From contig PEXK01000049.1 of assembly GCA_002779075.1 (NCBI GenBank), positions 1,490-23,167 on the forward strand: a stretch of 21,678 nucleotides of DNA, in the 5' to 3' direction. The notes beneath the pieces were generated by a model. The model did not search any database and was not told the DNA's origin. It was given only the letters and a program-made list of their open reading frames with translations. Positions 14,460 to 21,429 of this stretch are shown here, piece by piece (the stretch's first letter is position 1; each line of letters opens with the position of its first letter). The DNA comes from Candidatus Diapherotrites archaeon CG08_land_8_20_14_0_20_30_16 (GTDB taxonomy: Archaea > Iainarchaeota > Iainarchaeia > Iainarchaeales > 0-14-0-20-30-16). The position numbers and the translations under genes were made by a program.

Positions 14460-15020
14460 CTATAACTCTTTTAAAACAAAGGGCAATTTTTTAATTTTGT
14501 CTTTCCCTGAAAAATGACCTTTTTTGTGCAATATAACTATATCTGAATGTAATTGTTTTTCAAATATTTTAATATTATCAAATGTTACCCAATCATCATT
14601 ATCAGAAAATAAAGATACAAACTGTCCTAAAATTTTCACCTTGTGAAAATTTATTGGTTTTGTTATCCAAGGTTTTACTATTTTTAATGATTCTTTGCCT
14701 TCTTCTGCAATTGCTTTCATATTCAATTTAACCCACGGTGCAACAAAAATTGCACCGCCTATTTTTTTGTTCCCTTTTTCTAAATATCGTAATACAGTTT
14801 GACAACCAATACTGTGACCAACAAAAAATGTGTTTTTATCACACTCGCCTACTTGCTTTGACAAATAATTTACCCAAACATTTATTTTTGGATGTTCAGT
14901 ATTTGGCATTTTAGGCACATATACTTTGTAGCCCTTCTTTTCCAGCTCTTTTTTCAACCAGGGAAACCAGCCTTCTTTTGGGCAGCCTCCCCAACCATGA
15001 ACAATAAACACTCTTTTCAT
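14460..15020 (-). CDS. alpha/beta serine hydrolase, YdeN/RBBP9-like
   Basis: IVHGWGG, the nucleophile elbow GHSIGC, and a late D and H (SDNDDWV, KKGHF) fit the small RBBP9/YdeN esterase family. I prefer ATG 15020 with a GGAG Shine-Dalgarno. The track ORF starts at TTG 15035, inside the trkH end. Confidence 0.75.
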   Translation of the reverse strand: MKRVFIVHGWGGCPKEGWFPWLKKELEKKGYKVYVPKMPNTEHPKINVWVNYLSKQVGECDKNTFFVGHSIGCQTVLRYLEKGNKKIGGAIFVAPWVKLNMKAIAEEGKESLKIVKPWITKPINFHKVKILGQFVSLFSDNDDWVTFDNIKIFEKQLHSDIVILHKKGHFSGKDKIKKLPFVLKEL

Positions 15021-15022
15021 AA

Positions 15023-16459
15023 TTATCTTCTCCAAAGCCGAATATTAAATAAAAAACCAAAAAGAACTAAAATGGGTATTATTTCCAATCGGCCCACAAG
15101 CATGTTTATTATTAACATGATCTTACCTATAATCGGTGTGGCTACAGATATTACTCCTACTGGAATTCCTATATTTCCCTGAGCAGAAGTAACCTCAAAC
15201 AAAGAATCTAGTGCATTATACCCTAAAGCAATAAAAACAAATGTTCCCAACAGAATAAACAAAACATACATCAAAATAAAACCCAAAACCTCCAACATAA
15301 TTTTAGTATCAATATTTTCGCCATTAAATTGCTTTCTAAAAACTGCTTTTTCAGGTAAAATCATTTCTTTTGTTTTCCACCAAACAATCTTTAAAAAGAT
15401 TATAAATCTTTGAAGTTTTATTCCACCACCAGGTGATGCTGTTGATGCACCAACAAACATCAAGAATATCAGAATCCCTTTGAAAAAGTCAGGAAATGCT
15501 TGATGAATTCCATAGTTAAATAAAGACAACCCGCCAGTAGAACTCGAAACTATATAAAACAAAGTATGCAAAGGTACTAATTTAGAAAATTGCAACATTA
15601 CAATAAAAAATAAAAATATAGCCATAATAATATAAAAAACAAAACTTTTATCACGAAAATATTCTAACAAACTTTTCTTGTCATACACCCGATAATGCGT
15701 AATAAAACTCATTGCACCAAATATCATTAAAAACATAATAATGACTAAAACCCAAATGGAATTATAACCGAGCAATCCCGTATCAGTCATATCTGAACCT
15801 GTACTGGATATCGATGTAAATGTATAATACATAGAATCAAAAAAGGGCATACCCGAGATACGCAATAAAATAATTCCTACAATTGATATAAACACATATA
15901 TTGCAACAAAAATAGCCACTGTTTTTTTAACACTTGACTTTAATTTTTCTGTGTGGCCTTCAGATTCTGCAAATAACTTAAATTTAGAATATGTCAAAAA
16001 CAATCCTAAAATTGCAAGCACAACAATACCTATTCCACTCAACCACTCTAAAAACGCCCTCCAAAAAAGAGTACTATACATCAATGAGCTTTGACTTGCA
16101 AACATTGAATATCCTGTGCTAGTTAATGCAGATACTGATTCAAAAAAACCGTCAATAAAACTGCAATTTTCCAAAACAATAAATGGAATACTTGCAAACA
16201 AAGAAAATATTATCCAAAAAAGTATTATTGTTACAACTGCATGTCTTCTTTCAACACTAATTTCTGTTTTAAATTTTAATAATTTTGCAACTGTCCTTAC
16301 TATCAAAGCCAATAAGACATACAAAAATAGATAGTATGTGGGTTCTTTATAAATAAAAACAAATATTATTGGAATAAGAAATACATATGCACTAGCACTA
16401 AGTAGCACACTAATGTTGTTTAATATTAATTTAAGGTCTTCTTTATTGTAATATAACAT
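15023..16459 (-). CDS. trkH: Trk/Ktr-type K+ transporter membrane subunit (TrkH/KtrB)
   Basis: Polytopic membrane protein with four pore-loop-like motifs (SALTSTGYS, SISSTGSD, SSSTGGLS, TSAQGNIGI), as in the TrkH/KtrB four-repeat architecture. It is co-oriented with trkA. Confidence 0.9.
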   Translation of the reverse strand: MLYYNKEDLKLILNNISVLLSASAYVFLIPIIFVFIYKEPTYYLFLYVLLALIVRTVAKLLKFKTEISVERRHAVVTIILFWIIFSLFASIPFIVLENCSFIDGFFESVSALTSTGYSMFASQSSLMYSTLFWRAFLEWLSGIGIVVLAILGLFLTYSKFKLFAESEGHTEKLKSSVKKTVAIFVAIYVFISIVGIILLRISGMPFFDSMYYTFTSISSTGSDMTDTGLLGYNSIWVLVIIMFLMIFGAMSFITHYRVYDKKSLLEYFRDKSFVFYIIMAIFLFFIVMLQFSKLVPLHTLFYIVSSSTGGLSLFNYGIHQAFPDFFKGILIFLMFVGASTASPGGGIKLQRFIIFLKIVWWKTKEMILPEKAVFRKQFNGENIDTKIMLEVLGFILMYVLFILLGTFVFIALGYNALDSLFEVTSAQGNIGIPVGVISVATPIIGKIMLIINMLVGRLEIIPILVLFGFLFNIRLWRR

Positions 16460-16574
16460 ATAACCACTTTGACCTGGTGTCTATATATAAATAATTTGTA
16501 TATATAAAAGTATCTTGAAACAAGAATCCTTTTTAAACCTACCTTTAAGAATATTATATATATTTATTCCCACC

Positions 16575-16777
16575 GCTTTCTTTGTAAAGAAAGCAGAGTG
16601 TAGAACATTTCTTTCTAAGAAACGAAGTGTAGAAGATTCTCGTAAAGAATCTTTTACAAAATGTTGCAAAAGTTCTTTGCAACACAATGGTTTACAAAGT
16701 GTCATAAACTATAAGTTGATGGCACAGGCTTCGCAAAGAAACACGTTGCAAAGCAACCATTTGTGTAAGTACACAAA
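16575..16777 (+). repeat. structured intergenic repeat, expanded copy R2 (between the trkH promoter and tRNA-Gly)
   Basis: Consecutive hairpins, read directly:
- GCTTTCTT/AAGAAAGC (16575-16594).
- AAAGAAA...TTTCTTT around GTGTAGAACA.
- TTTCTT/AAGAAA (16609-16622).
- AAGATTC/GAATCTT (16633-16653).
- GTTGCAAA/TTTGCAAC (16663-16683).
- GTGTCAT/ATGGCAC (16699-16725).
- GTTGC/GCAAC (16745-16757).
- TTTGTGTA-AG-TACACAAA (16760-16777).
The blocks are shared with 6604-6690. Confidence 0.55.
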
Positions 16778-16832
16778 CAAAACATAAGTTTTGGGGTGGA
16801 CTGTAGGCTTTTTGTTTAAAAGGCATATAGAA

Positions 16833-16904
16833 GCAGTTGTAGTCTAGCGGTTAGGATGATTGCCTTCCAAGCTATCGGCCCGGGTTCGAATCCCGGCAGC
16901 TGCA
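16833..16904 (+). tRNA. tRNA-Gly (anticodon UCC), 72 nt, no encoded CCA
   Basis: Folded by hand:
- Acceptor GCAGTTG/CAGCTGC (one G-U).
- D stem GTCT/GGAT.
- Anticodon stem ATTGC/GCTAT (one U-U mismatch), loop CTTCCAA.
- T arm CCGGG-TTCGAAT-CCCGG.
- Discriminator A. Confidence 0.9.
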
Positions 16905-16927
16905 TCACAAAGGCACTCGAAGAGAGA

Positions 16928-16986
16928 CTTGTGATGACTTAAAGCAAACCCAGTTTGCGAAATGGCATCAAAATGGCATCTGAAAG
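16928..16986 (+). ncRNA. candidate C/D-box sRNA immediately downstream of tRNA-Gly
   Basis: C box GTGATGA (16931-16937) and D box CTGA (16980-16983) are 42 nt apart, giving 53 nt box to box. This is the usual archaeal C/D sRNA size. They are flanked by a 3-bp terminal stem, CTT/AAG. The internal D' (CCAG) and C' (AATGGCA) positions are degenerate, which is the main weakness. Confidence 0.3.
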
Positions 16987-17019
16987 ATGACTTTTGATAA
17001 ATACTAATTGTGATATAAT

Positions 17020-17562
17020 ATGAAGATTTACATATTTAGATTTGGACACAGATTAGAAAGAGACAAACGAATTACAACTCATTGTGCATTGGTGTCTCGA
17101 GCATTTGGTGCTTGCAAAATGTTTTATTCTGGTCAAGAAGACCCTAGTTTTGAAAATAGTGTAAAAGAAGTTCAAGAAGATTGGGGCGGAAACTTCACTA
17201 TAGAATATATACCAGATTGGGAAAAATTCTTCAACATCAATAAGGACAAGTATTATATTGTTCATTTAACAATGTATGGCACTGCTTTTGATGATTTTGC
17301 AAAAAATTTCAATAAAACTTTTAAAAAAGGTTTACAAAAACAAAAAAAAGATTTGTTAATTTTTGTAGGATCACAAAAAGTTCCAACTGCTGTTTATCAT
17401 TTTGCAAATGCTAATGTTTGTGTAACAAACCAACCTCATTCCGAAGTCTGCGCTTTAGGGGTATTGCTAAATGCTCTTGTTGATTATCGTACTGTAAAAT
17501 TTTCAGGTGCAAAAATAAAAGTTAAACCTAATTTAAAAGGAAAAACAATTGTTAAAAACTAA
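17020..17562 (+). CDS. trm56: tRNA (cytidine56-2'-O)-methyltransferase aTrm56 (SPOUT family)
   Basis: The N-terminal FRFGHRLERDKRITTHCALVSRAFGA is the characteristic aTrm56 signature (LRLGHRPxRDKRxTTHVxLxARAFGA, from memory). The length of 180 aa is typical. Confidence 0.88.
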   Translation: MKIYIFRFGHRLERDKRITTHCALVSRAFGACKMFYSGQEDPSFENSVKEVQEDWGGNFTIEYIPDWEKFFNINKDKYYIVHLTMYGTAFDDFAKNFNKTFKKGLQKQKKDLLIFVGSQKVPTAVYHFANANVCVTNQPHSEVCALGVLLNALVDYRTVKFSGAKIKVKPNLKGKTIVKN

Positions 17563-17807
17563 ATTACTTTCTTTATTTCTTCACACAATTTTAACATTGT
17601 TGATTCAGGAATCTTAAAATCTTTGTTGTAGGGAGAATAATTTTTCCCTCAGTGTTCATCAACAAATTTAATATTATCAAAAATTCTTGGTTCTTTATAT
17701 CTAGGAATAAAATGTACATGTAAATGCTTTGTTACATTTCCCTGAACAATATAACACATCAAATCAGGCTTAAACAATTTTTCTAATGCTCTATTGATTT
17801 CTATCAG
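17559..17807 (-). pseudogene. HIT (histidine triad) family gene remnant: N-terminally truncated, with an in-frame TGA
   Basis: A single minus-strand frame reads LIEINRALEKLFKPDLMCYIVQGNVTKHLHVHFIPRYKEPRIFDNIKFVDEH*GKNYSPYNKDFKIPESTMLKLCEEIKKVI*. It contains the HxHxHxx triad (HLHVHFI). The only internal stop is TGA at 17649-17651, where I expect Trp (D..WG..Y). About 33 residues precede the triad, and there is no start codon. Confidence 0.7.
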
Positions 17808-18036
17808 TTAAATAATACTTGCCATCAGTTGATTCCAATTTCAGTTGTACCCAAATTGGGGACAACTCAAATTGAACAAATTCTCTATCTTTAACTTTAC
17901 CCCAATATTGTCTAGGTGTTGGACTATTTGTCAAAGCTTCGACAATATCTACAACAGAAAAATACCATTCATTATTGTACCATTCTCGTCTTATTTTCTT
18001 ATCTTCAAACACTACTAAAGCATTATCTTTATTCAT
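17791..18036 (-). pseudogene. truncated Bro-N / DinD-like (phage antirepressor N-terminal domain) gene fragment, 81 codons
   Basis: ALVVFEDKKIRREWYNNEWYFSVVDIVEALTNS...RQYW...LSPIWVQLKLESTDGKYYLTD matches my memory of the Bro-N/DinD N-terminal pattern (F....IR.....W....D.......YW....QLKL...DGK.Y.TD). The frame ends abruptly at DRNQ*, at the junction with the HIT remnant. Full-length relatives are longer. Confidence 0.55.
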
Positions 18037-18144
18037 AGAAATCCAAATAGATAATAACCCCTATCTTTATATATATTATGCCCTAAAAATATATTATCAT
18101 TACATAGTGGGTTTATCCCACGGGTTTTTCTTTGAGAAACCTCT

Positions 18145-18168
18145 AGTTTCTTTTTACAAAAAGAAACT
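18145..18168. promoter_or_regulatory. perfect 11-bp inverted repeat AGTTTCTTTTT-AC-AAAAAGAAACT covering the expected promoter of tRNA-Leu
   Basis: Read directly. It ends 8 nt before the tRNA 5' end and contains TTTACAAAAA where a TATA box would be expected. Its arms share the TTTCTTT/AAAGAAA theme of repeats R1 and R2. Confidence 0.4.
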
Positions 18169-18175
18169 GGTGGTA

Positions 18176-18260
18176 GCAGGGGTGCCGCAGCGGTCAACCG
18201 GGGTGGGCTTAGGACCCACTGGATGTAGATCCTTCAAGAGTTCGAATCTCTTCTCCTGCA
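18176..18260 (+). tRNA. tRNA-Leu (anticodon UAG), 85 nt class II tRNA, no encoded CCA
   Basis: Folded by hand:
- Acceptor GCAGGGG/CTCCTGC (one G-U).
- 3-bp D stem CCG/CGG with a GG-containing loop.
- Anticodon stem GTGGG/CCCAC, loop CTTAGGA (G37).
- Long variable arm GGAT-GTAG-ATCC.
- T arm AAGAG-TTCGAAT-CTCTT.
- Discriminator A. Confidence 0.9.
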
Positions 18261-18373
18261 TATTATTAAGGATTTGAAAAATCCTTTCAATACACAAAGT
18301 GGATTGGTAGATTTCCATAAACACTTTTCCAAAGGGTTTTGAGGATTTAATTTTCCATATTTATGTGATATTT

Positions 18374-18901
18374 ATGAAAGAAATTGAAGTTAAAATTTTG
18401 AATGTAAACAAAAAGGAAATTGAAAAGAAATTATTGGCTTTAGGCGCAGAAAAAAACTTTGATGATAATATCGATGCAATTTATTATAGCATTCCACAAA
18501 AAAAAGAAAAAAAGAAAAAAACTGCTTTAAGATTAAGACAAAAAGGAAACATAGTTGAATTAACATACAAACACAGAACAAAAACTAAATGTGTAAAGAT
18601 TTGTGACGAGTATGAAGTCAAAGTGTCTGATTTTGAAGAAATGAAAAAAATATTAAAATCATTAGACTATAAAATAAAAACAGAAATCAAAAAACATAGA
18701 ACATCATATCATATAAATAATGTTCATTTTGAATTAGACACATACCCTAATGAACCTACATTGTTGGAAATTGAAGCTTCAAACATAAAGACAATTGAAA
18801 AATATGTAAAGCTCTTGAGTTACACTATGAAAGATGCAAAGGGTTGGAGCTACGCAGAAATATTAAATTATTATAAATGTGAGTGCAAAAAGAAAAAATA
18901 A
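18374..18901 (+). CDS. CYTH-domain protein, CyaB-like (class IV adenylate cyclase / triphosphatase family), second copy in the window
   Basis: MKEIEVKIL carries the ExExK signature at the extreme N-terminus, as in CyaB-like proteins. Also present are ALRLRQKG, YEVKV and the acidic LLEIEA strand. I prefer ATG 18374 over the GTG 18365 of the track. Confidence 0.8.
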   Translation: MKEIEVKILNVNKKEIEKKLLALGAEKNFDDNIDAIYYSIPQKKEKKKKTALRLRQKGNIVELTYKHRTKTKCVKICDEYEVKVSDFEEMKKILKSLDYKIKTEIKKHRTSYHINNVHFELDTYPNEPTLLEIEASNIKTIEKYVKLLSYTMKDAKGWSYAEILNYYKCECKKKK

Positions 18902-19621
18902 TTAATTAAACAATTTTCTTGCAAATTTTAGTTCTTTATTTACTGATTTTAATATATTTTCTTTTTTCCACATTTCATTTATTTCTAATTGTAAAGGAAC
19001 ATTTGTTTTTAATACTGGTTTTAAGGCTCTTAAAAAAGATTCTGAAGCAGTACTTAAATTTCTATGTTCTTTAGTTCTAAATGCCGAGCTTAAATGTATT
19101 TGTATTAATTTATTTTTCATTAAGTCATACAAATATTCAATTTCTTTAGGCGAAATAGTATATGCGTGGCAAACATCTAAACAAAAACCATATTTGCTTT
19201 TTAAGATTTTGCTTGTTGCTTTTTTATTATTTAATTTTTCTTTTTTAGGCATATTCTCCAATATTATATTCCAAGAATAATTATCTATTAAATCATAGGG
19301 GCAGTCATGAACGTGAAACAACATTGCTTTTGCATTGACTTTATCATATAAGTCATACAAACAATCCAATATTTTTATTTGTTCTTTTTTACTTTCATTA
19401 ATTATTTTAAATGGACCATGTATTGAAACATATTCTAAGTCTTTTAACCATTTTTTATCTTCTTTATTTAATTTGAATCCGTAAATTCGTTCTTTGAAAG
19501 CCATTGTTAATTCTAAACCATCAATATTAAATTTACTCCAATATTTTTTAAAGTTAAAATTAGGTTTTTGCATTAATTCATCTAATTTCTTTCCTATTGG
19601 TAAACATATTAAATTATTCAT
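18902..19621 (-). CDS. xylose isomerase-like TIM-barrel protein (sugar phosphate isomerase/epimerase or AP endonuclease 2 superfamily)
   Basis: The order of metal-ligand-like motifs is typical of this fold: SIHGP, LFHVH, ILENM, LDVCHA, IHLS, LQLEI. No closer assignment is possible by eye. It lies 23 nt downstream of thrS on the same strand. Confidence 0.5.
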   Translation of the reverse strand: MNNLICLPIGKKLDELMQKPNFNFKKYWSKFNIDGLELTMAFKERIYGFKLNKEDKKWLKDLEYVSIHGPFKIINESKKEQIKILDCLYDLYDKVNAKAMLFHVHDCPYDLIDNYSWNIILENMPKKEKLNNKKATSKILKSKYGFCLDVCHAYTISPKEIEYLYDLMKNKLIQIHLSSAFRTKEHRNLSTASESFLRALKPVLKTNVPLQLEINEMWKKENILKSVNKELKFARKLFN

Positions 19622-19644
19622 AGGATCACAAAAAAAATAAAAAA

Positions 19645-21429
19645 TTAGAAAAGAGTTTTGATTGCTCTCTTTTCATATTCTTGTTTTGCTTTTGTTACAA
19701 ATTCTTTAATTGACATTTCTTTTTGTTCTTTAGTATCTCTAATTCTTATGTTAGCCGTTTTAGCTTGTTGTTCTTTTTCGCCAACAATTAAAATATAATT
19801 GTAATACATTATTTCCCCCTCTCTAATCTTTTTATTCATTGATGATGGTTTAGTATCACAATCAACTCTTAATCCTTCTTGCTTTAATTGTTTTTCTATT
19901 TCTAATGCATAATTATTAAATGCATCTGCAACTGGGACAATTAAAACTTGTCTTGGGCTTAGCCACATTGGAAATTTGCCACCATAATGTTCTAATAAAA
20001 TACCAAAGAATCTATCTGGAGAACCAATTAATGCTCTGTGAATCATTACTGGTGTTTTTTCAGTGTTGTCTTGATCAATATATTTCAATCCAAATCTGCC
20101 AGGCATATTAAAATCCAATTGAACTGTTGAAACTTGCCATTCTCTTTGCAAAGCATCTTTTACTATAATATCTATTTTGGGGCCATAAAATGCTGCTTCG
20201 CCAATAGCTTCAACAAACTCTAATTTTTCCTCTAAAGCTAGTTGTTTAATTATCTTTTGACCTTTTTCCCATATTTCATCAGAACCCAAATACTTTTCTT
20301 TATTTAATGGGTCTCTATATGATAATCTTATCCAATAATTCAGACCGTAGGTTTGTAATGCGATTTTAATTACTTTCAAAACATTTCTTACTTCATCTTT
20401 GATTTGATCAGGTCTACAAAAATTGTGTGCATCATCTTGTGAAAATGCTCTCAGTCTTGAGAATCCAGATAATTCTCCTGGTTTTTCATCTCTATATAAC
20501 ATTGCAAAATCTGCTAATCTTACTGGCAAGTCTCTATAACTTCTTTGTTTAGATGCATAAATTTGTGTGTGTTGAGGGCAATTCATTGGTTTCAAAAAGA
20601 ATTCTTCGTTTGTATAATTAGATTTTACTGTGAACATATTTTCTTTGTACTTATCATAATGCCCGGATACTTTAAATAATTCTGCTCTATTAAATTGCGG
20701 TGTATGAACTTCTTCATAACCTATTTCTGTTTGCAATTCTCGTGAGAATTTAATTATTTCATTTCTAATTATATTTCCTGCAGGAGTATACAAAGGTAAG
20801 CCTGCTCCAACCAAATCAGAAAACAAAAACAATTCTAACTTAGTGCCTAATTTTCTATGATCTCTTTTTTTTGCTTCTTCTAATAAATTCAAATATGTTT
20901 TTAATTCGTCTTTATTTGGAAAAGAAATAGCATAAATTCTTGTTAGCATTTTATTTTTTTCACTACCTCGCCAATATGCTCCTGCAATGCTTAATAATTT
21001 CACACTTTGTATCATTGAAATTTTTTCTAAATGCGGGCCTCTACACAAATCAATAAAATCGCCTAGTTTATAGGTTGTAATTTTTTCGTTATTGGGCAGA
21101 TCATTAATTAATTCTATTTTATATGGTTCGTCCTTAAATATTTGTAAGGCTTCTTTCTTTGTTACCTCTTTGTATTCAAAAGGTGTATTTTTATTTACAA
21201 GGGTGTACATTTCCTTTTCCACTCTAGCAAAATCTTCCTGTTTAATGTCAAGATTGTCAAAATCATAATAAAATCCGTTTTCAATAGGTGGGCCAATCGT
21301 GATCTTAACTTTTGGAAACAAATGTTTTATTGCTGCAGCCAACAAGTGTGCACTTGAATGCCAAAACACTTCTTTTCCTTCTTTTGAGTTAAAATCTACA
21401 TCTTTTGCTATTCCTTTCTCTATTTTCAT
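19645..21429 (-). CDS. thrS: threonine--tRNA ligase, lacking the N-terminal TGS domain
   Basis: It has the editing/SAD-region motif WHSSAHLLAAAIKHLFP...IGPPIENGFYYDFD, class II catalytic motifs (FRLADFAMLYRDE, HRALIGS-type motif 3 region) and a C-terminal anticodon-binding domain. I prefer ATG 21429, preceded by GGTGGA 6 nt upstream. The track ORF extends 20 codons further, to 21489. Confidence 0.93.
   Translation of the reverse strand: MKIEKGIAKDVDFNSKEGKEVFWHSSAHLLAAAIKHLFPKVKITIGPPIENGFYYDFDNLDIKQEDFARVEKEMYTLVNKNTPFEYKEVTKKEALQIFKDEPYKIELINDLPNNEKITTYKLGDFIDLCRGPHLEKISMIQSVKLLSIAGAYWRGSEKNKMLTRIYAISFPNKDELKTYLNLLEEAKKRDHRKLGTKLELFLFSDLVGAGLPLYTPAGNIIRNEIIKFSRELQTEIGYEEVHTPQFNRAELFKVSGHYDKYKENMFTVKSNYTNEEFFLKPMNCPQHTQIYASKQRSYRDLPVRLADFAMLYRDEKPGELSGFSRLRAFSQDDAHNFCRPDQIKDEVRNVLKVIKIALQTYGLNYWIRLSYRDPLNKEKYLGSDEIWEKGQKIIKQLALEEKLEFVEAIGEAAFYGPKIDIIVKDALQREWQVSTVQLDFNMPGRFGLKYIDQDNTEKTPVMIHRALIGSPDRFFGILLEHYGGKFPMWLSPRQVLIVPVADAFNNYALEIEKQLKQEGLRVDCDTKPSSMNKKIREGEIMYYNYILIVGEKEQQAKTANIRIRDTKEQKEMSIKEFVTKAKQEYEKRAIKTLF

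Noticed and set aside
16481-16787. 74-aa (-) and 90-aa (+) ORFs in the trkH / tRNA-Gly spacer
   Set aside because: They overlap each other on opposite strands and coincide with the stack of perfect hairpins of repeat R2. The shared blocks with R1 are conserved at the nucleotide and structure level, including an indel of 5 nt that would break any frame. I therefore treat the region as non-coding.
17649-17651. TGA at an expected Trp position in the HIT-like frame, as evidence for UGA=Trp recoding (genetic code 4)
   Set aside because: nrdR ends at a TGA that gives a canonical-length NrdR, and the 81-aa ORF also stops at TGA. The HIT frame additionally lacks its N-terminal third and a start codon. 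A TGG-to-TGA nonsense mutation in a pseudogene is the simpler reading.
18107-18121. GTGGGTTTATCCCAC upstream of tRNA-Leu as a duplicated fragment of the tRNA anticodon arm (GTGGGCTTAGGACCCAC), i.e. an att-site remnant
   Set aside because: Similarity is limited to the 5-bp stem arms, the loop differs in length and sequence, and no flanking tRNA sequence is shared. This is too short to distinguish from chance.
17975-18277. 100-aa + strand ORF
   Set aside because: It runs straight through tRNA-Leu (18176-18260) and the Bro-N fragment's 5' end, so it is an artefact.
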